Assembly (NCBI GenBank): GCA_036505485.1 | Contig: DASXTK010000310.1 | Location: 4,999 to 68,998, forward strand | Length of the DNA stretch: 64,000 nt | Source of the DNA: Acidimicrobiales bacterium | GTDB taxonomy: Bacteria > Actinomycetota > Acidimicrobiia > Acidimicrobiales > VFJN01 | Reading direction: 5' to 3' | Part shown: positions 60,303-64,000 of the stretch, in pieces | Layout: every line of letters begins with the position of its first letter | Position numbering within the stretch: position 1 is the first letter of the stretch | Notes under the pieces: model-generated | The model's input: only the letters and a program-made list of their open reading frames with translations | Databases searched by the model: none | What the model was told of the DNA's origin: nothing | Position numbers and translations under genes: made by a program

Positions 60303-60806
60303 CTAGAAGCTGCACCGACAACCGCCCGGGAGCCCCGATACCGCCTCCCTGAGACGAGATCGGATGTCGCCGGCGAGGGACTCGAGGTCCGATGGATCGA
60401 GCAATCGCTGTTCGTGACCGAACGCGCTGCCCCAGTGCGGGTCCGTGAACTCACGGTCGCGCCACCGCCTCGGCGATTCGAATCGTGGGATGACGTGGAG
60501 GTGCACCTGGGAGTCCAGGTTCATGAGGAAGGCGAAGTTGAACTGGTCCGGCTGGAACAGGGTTCCTAGCGCCGCAACCAGGCGACCAATCTCCTCGTGA
60601 AGCGCAGTCCACTCGGTCGGCTCGATATCGACCACTGCAGTGCACGCCCGGCGAAGGACGAGCATCGTCTTGCCCAGCAGGTCCTGGTTGCGATTCACAG
60701 CGAGCGTCCATAACGACCGCTCCTCGATCACGCTCTCCGGCATCAGCACAAGGCCCACCCTTCCATGATCACCGACGGGATGGAATAAACCCGCCTCTGG
60801 CAACAT
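60303..60806 (-). CDS. HIT-family (histidine triad) nucleotide hydrolase/transferase
   Basis: NFAFLMNLDSQVHLHVIPRF (HxHxH-type triad). Its stop is 9 nt upstream of the partner gene start, on the same strand. Confidence 0.7.
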   Translation of the reverse strand: MLPEAGLFHPVGDHGRVGLVLMPESVIEERSLWTLAVNRNQDLLGKTMLVLRRACTAVVDIEPTEWTALHEEIGRLVAALGTLFQPDQFNFAFLMNLDSQVHLHVIPRFESPRRWRDREFTDPHWGSAFGHEQRLLDPSDLESLAGDIRSRLREAVSGLPGGCRCSF

Positions 60807-61258
60807 GCGTCGGTGTGGGCGTGGGACGGTGAGTACGTCATAGAGATTGTCGAGACCATCGCATGAGGACTGGATCTTCGCCCGGGCGTCCGCCTCACGC
60901 TCCTCGACGAACTACATACCGCGGCCTCCGAAGAGGGTCAACTAGTCCTCAACTCCGCCCCGAGGTCGATCCGTTACCGCCACATCTCCTCCGACTCGAG
61001 TGCCTCGATGTCGACGCGGGTGGAGAGCATCGCTAGGTAGCGCCGCTGGCGATCGGCGGGGTCGCGTTCCGCGTCGTTTGGCATCGCTACATCTTGGCCC
61101 GTCCTTCGAGCTGGTGGCCACGAGAGACGAGGCAAGATCGGCGGCGGCCGGAGGCCGATGCCATCTGGAGAAACGAGTCGGCCGGCGGCCGACACCCATT
61201 TCTCTAGGCCTCAGGCCGGGCCCGGGGGGAGTCGGGCCCGACCCAGCTTTGCTGTCGA

Positions 61259-64000
61259 CTAGACGTTGCGGCGGTAGCGGCCACCCACCTCGAACAGGGC
61301 GTGGGTGATCTCGCCCAGGGTGCAGCAGCGGACCGCATCCATGAGCACGTCGAACAGGTTGTCCCCGTCGAGGGCGGCCCGGCGCAGGCGTTCGAGCATC
61401 TCCGGTCGCTCGTCGGCGTGGCGGTCCTGGAACGCCCGGCGCCGCTCGAGGCACCGCTGCTTCTCCTCCTCAGAGGAGCGCGCGAGCTCGAGCGGCGCCG
61501 TGGCGTTGCCGTCCTCCTCGGTCTTGGGCGGCAGGAAGGTGTTCACCCCGATGAGCGGCAGCGAGCCGTCGTGCTTGCGCCGCTCGTACAGCAACGACTC
61601 GTCCTGGATCCGTCCCCGCTGGTAGCCGGTCTCCATGGCCCCGAGCACGCCGGACCGCTCGGCCAGCCGGTCGAACTCGTCGAGGACCGCGGCCTCCACC
61701 GCCTCGGTCAGCTGCTCGACGAAGAAGCTGCCCTGGTTGGGGTTCTGGTTGAAGGCCACACCCCACTCGTTGTCGATGATCATCTGGATGGCCATGGCCC
61801 GCCGCACCGAGGCCGCCGTCGGGGTGGTGATGGCCTCGTCGTAGGCGTTGGTGTGCAGGCTGTTGCAGTTGTCGTAGATGGCGGACAGGGCCTGCAGGGT
61901 GGTGCGGATGTCGTTGAACGCCATCTCCTGGGCGTGGAGCGACCGACCGGACGTCTGCACGTGGTACTTCAGCTTCTGAGACCGCTCGTTGGCGCCATAG
62001 CGGTCCCGCATCACGACAGCCCAGATCCGCCGGGCCACCCGCCCGAGCACCGAGTACTCGGGGTCGAGTCCACTGGAGAAGAAGAACGACAGGTTGGGAG
62101 CGAAGTCGTCGATGTCCATGCCCCGAGCCAGGTACGCCTCCACGTAGGTGAAGGCGTTGGCCAGGGTGAAGGCCAGCTGGGTGAGGGGGTTCGCGCCGGC
62201 CTCGGCGATGTGGTAGCCGGAGATCGACACCGAGTAGAAGTTCCGGACCTGCTGGGCCACGAACCATTCCTGGACGTCGGCCATCATGCGCAGGGCGAAC
62301 TCGGTAGAGAAGATGCAGGTGTTCTGGCCCTGGTCTTCCTTGAGGATGTCGGCCTGCACGGTTCCCCGCACCGTCCGAAGTACGAAGGGACGGATCTCCG
62401 CGGCCTCCGCGGCGGTCGGCGCTCGCCCATGCTCCGAGGCGAAGGCGGCCAGCCGCTGGTCGATGGCCACGTTGAAGAACATGGCCAGGATGGTCGGCGC
62501 CGGTCCGTTGATCGTCATCGACACCGACGTCGTCGGATCGCACAGGTCGAATCCGTCGTACAGAGTGGCCATGTCGTCGACGGTGGCGATGGACACGCCG
62601 GAGTTCCCGACCTTGCCGTAGATGTCGGGCTGCAGATCGGGATCGAACCCGTACAGGGTCACCGAGTCGAAGGCGGTGGACAGCCGGGTCGCGGGCTGGC
62701 CCTCGGCCAGCAGGTGGAACCGCCGGTTGGTGCGGGCCGCCTCACCCTCGCCGGCGAACATGCGGGTGGGGCGCTCGGCCTCCTGCTTGAACGGGAACAC
62801 CCCGCCCGTGAACGGGAACCGCCCGGGCAGGTTCTCGGAGCGGAGCCAGCGCAGCAGCTCGCCATCGTCCTCGAACCGGGGCAGCGCCACCTTGGGGATC
62901 GGCGTCCCGGCCAGCGACTCCTTGGCCAGGCTCGTCTGGATGCTCGCTCCTCGCACGTTCACCACGTACTCGTCACCGCTGTAGGCCTCGACGGTGACCG
63001 GCCAGTCCGCCAGCAGGGCCTTGGCGTCCTCGTCGAGCGCCGAATCCGTCCGGTCGATCAGAGCGTCGAGCGCTCCTGACCCGTCCTCGTCGAGGAGGCC
63101 CCGCGTCCGCAGAACGGCCTGGCGTTGCCGGGCCAACTCCACCTGCTCGGCGGTGACCCGGTGGTAGTCCCGGACGGTGGCGGCGACCTCGCCCAAGTAG
63201 CGGACTCGAGCCGGGGGAACCACGGTGGTGATCCCGGTGGGAACCCGGGTCTCGATCGGAGCCAGCCGACCACCTAACTCCGCGGGCAGGCCGGACTCGT
63301 GCAACCGGTTCCGCAAGTGCTGGTAGAGCGCGGTCACGCCGTCGTCGTTGAACCGAGCGGCGATGGTCCCGAACACCGGCAAGCTCTCGGGCGAGGCATC
63401 GAACGACACATGGTTGCGCTGGAACTGGCGCCGCACGTCCCGCAGCGCATCGTCGGCGCCGCGGCGGTCGAACTTGTTGATGGCGACCGCGTCGGCATAG
63501 TCGAGCATGTCGATCTTCTCGAGCTGGCTGGCCGCCCCGAACTCCGGGGTCATCACGTAGAGCGACACGTTGGCCAGATCGACGATGCCCACGTCGCCTT
63601 GGCCGATCCCTGGGGTCTCGATGATCACCAGGTCGGACCCGGCGGCCTGACACGCGGCGACGATGTCGGCCAAGCCTTTCGGCAGCTCGTGGGAACCCCG
63701 GGTGGCCAGCGACCGCATGAAGACCTGCGGATGGTCGATGGCGTTCATCCGGATTCGGTCGCCGAGCAGCGCTCCACCAGCCCGGCGCCGGGTGGGATCC
63801 ACGGCCAGGATGGTGATGCGGAGCTTGTCCTCGTGGTCGAGACGGAACCGGCGCACCAGCTCATCGGTGAGCGAAGACTTGCCCGATCCGCCGGTGCCGG
63901 TGATGCCGAGCACCGGCACCGAGCGGGTCGTGGCGACCCGGCGCAGCTCGTCGAGATGCCGTTGCCCACCCTCGACGAACACGCCGTTCTCGATGGCGGT
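61259..64000 (-). CDS. icmF: Fused isobutyryl-CoA mutase IcmF (MeaB-like GTPase plus mutase domains). The 5' end lies outside the window.
   Basis: P-loop GITGTGGSGKSSLTDEL, NKFD, mutase core ...SGYHIAEAGA..., C-terminus ...EVGGRYRRNV. The ORF is open to the window edge. Confidence 0.9.
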   Translation of the reverse strand, partial: TAIENGVFVEGGQRHLDELRRVATTRSVPVLGITGTGGSGKSSLTDELVRRFRLDHEDKLRITILAVDPTRRRAGGALLGDRIRMNAIDHPQVFMRSLATRGSHELPKGLADIVAACQAAGSDLVIIETPGIGQGDVGIVDLANVSLYVMTPEFGAASQLEKIDMLDYADAVAINKFDRRGADDALRDVRRQFQRNHVSFDASPESLPVFGTIAARFNDDGVTALYQHLRNRLHESGLPAELGGRLAPIETRVPTGITTVVPPARVRYLGEVAATVRDYHRVTAEQVELARQRQAVLRTRGLLDEDGSGALDALIDRTDSALDEDAKALLADWPVTVEAYSGDEYVVNVRGASIQTSLAKESLAGTPIPKVALPRFEDDGELLRWLRSENLPGRFPFTGGVFPFKQEAERPTRMFAGEGEAARTNRRFHLLAEGQPATRLSTAFDSVTLYGFDPDLQPDIYGKVGNSGVSIATVDDMATLYDGFDLCDPTTSVSMTINGPAPTILAMFFNVAIDQRLAAFASEHGRAPTAAEAAEIRPFVLRTVRGTVQADILKEDQGQNTCIFSTEFALRMMADVQEWFVAQQVRNFYSVSISGYHIAEAGANPLTQLAFTLANAFTYVEAYLARGMDIDDFAPNLSFFFSSGLDPEYSVLGRVARRIWAVVMRDRYGANERSQKLKYHVQTSGRSLHAQEMAFNDIRTTLQALSAIYDNCNSLHTNAYDEAITTPTAASVRRAMAIQMIIDNEWGVAFNQNPNQGSFFVEQLTEAVEAAVLDEFDRLAERSGVLGAMETGYQRGRIQDESLLYERRKHDGSLPLIGVNTFLPPKTEEDGNATAPLELARSSEEEKQRCLERRRAFQDRHADERPEMLERLRRAALDGDNLFDVLMDAVRCCTLGEITHALFEVGGRYRRNV

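Noticed and set aside
60807-60941. Possible 5' truncation or premature stop in the HIT gene. I first read an ATG-TAG just upstream.
   Set aside because: Re-reading codon by codon showed I had dropped a base. The frame is simply closed by TGA at 60939-60941, with no ATG/GTG/TTG before ATG60806. There is no evidence of a lesion.
60974-61195. A 73-aa minus-strand ORF (or its 36-aa ATG61084 version) in the low-GC islet, as a fourth module gene.
   Set aside because: There is no motif, poor start context and a low-complexity N-terminal part. It cannot be supported from sequence alone.

Overview
This is a high-GC, actinobacterial-type chromosomal segment (G+C judged by eye, not computed). The lineage call rests on a WhiB1-like gene, a PdtaS-like kinase, class E sortases, and DUF3107 and DUF2510 proteins. 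Which class of Actinobacteria it comes from is inference only. About 65 tightly packed genes are supported by motifs I can read in the translations. I counted at least 16 four-nucleotide start/stop overlaps (ATGA, GTGA or TTGA).

Gene content, left to right:
- whiB1-like gene with a perfect CRP-type site, convergent with pdtaS, two ArsA/Get3-like ATPases and a DUF3107 gene.
- A molybdopterin oxidoreductase with a b-type cytochrome partner.
- An ArsR-SRPBCC pair, divergent from clpP.
- An Fe-S mini-locus: mrp, a SufR-like regulator, a cysteine desulfurase and a SixA-like phosphatase.
- A complete System I cytochrome c maturation operon, ccmABCDEFGH plus a ccmI-like gene.
- A sortase E and an alpha/beta hydrolase.
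- A sulfur block: Rrf2, a sulfonate/nitrate-type ABC transporter, IclR, a cysteine-dioxygenase-like cupin and a rhodanese.
- Two tandem DUF2510 paralogs.
- A fatty-acid block: crotonase, TetR and acyl-CoA dehydrogenase, with an orphan 2-TM protein.
- A decayed aqpZ, then tRNA-Sec (selC), then a disrupted or recoded membrane ORF coupled to a GNAT gene.
- cysS, valS, mscS, and an APC permease with a fused C-terminal OB fold.
- A phosphate/arsenic block: three PstS-like proteins, pstCAB, a catalytically dead sortase paralog coupled to a large surface protein, arsR-MIP-arsC and a PhoX-like gene.
- phhA, a fused E1 alpha/beta dehydrogenase and a GH5 hydrolase.
- A lower-GC HIT, small partner and AbiEii-like nucleotidyltransferase triad.
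- The 3' part of icmF, which runs off the window.

The most interesting observations are:
1. A sortase paralog with His, Cys and Arg all replaced, coupled to a PBP-like surface protein that carries a near-miss sorting signal.
2. selC followed 276 nt later by an in-frame TGA with a hairpin 8 nt downstream.
3. At least two families of long intergenic palindromic repeats, with compensatory changes or identical imperfections between copies.
4. A proteobacterial-order ccm operon in an actinobacterial context.
5. The HIT-partner-nucleotidyltransferase three-gene module.

I recognised no rRNA, CRISPR array, transposase or integrase. All homology statements come from motif recall. No database search or computation was run.
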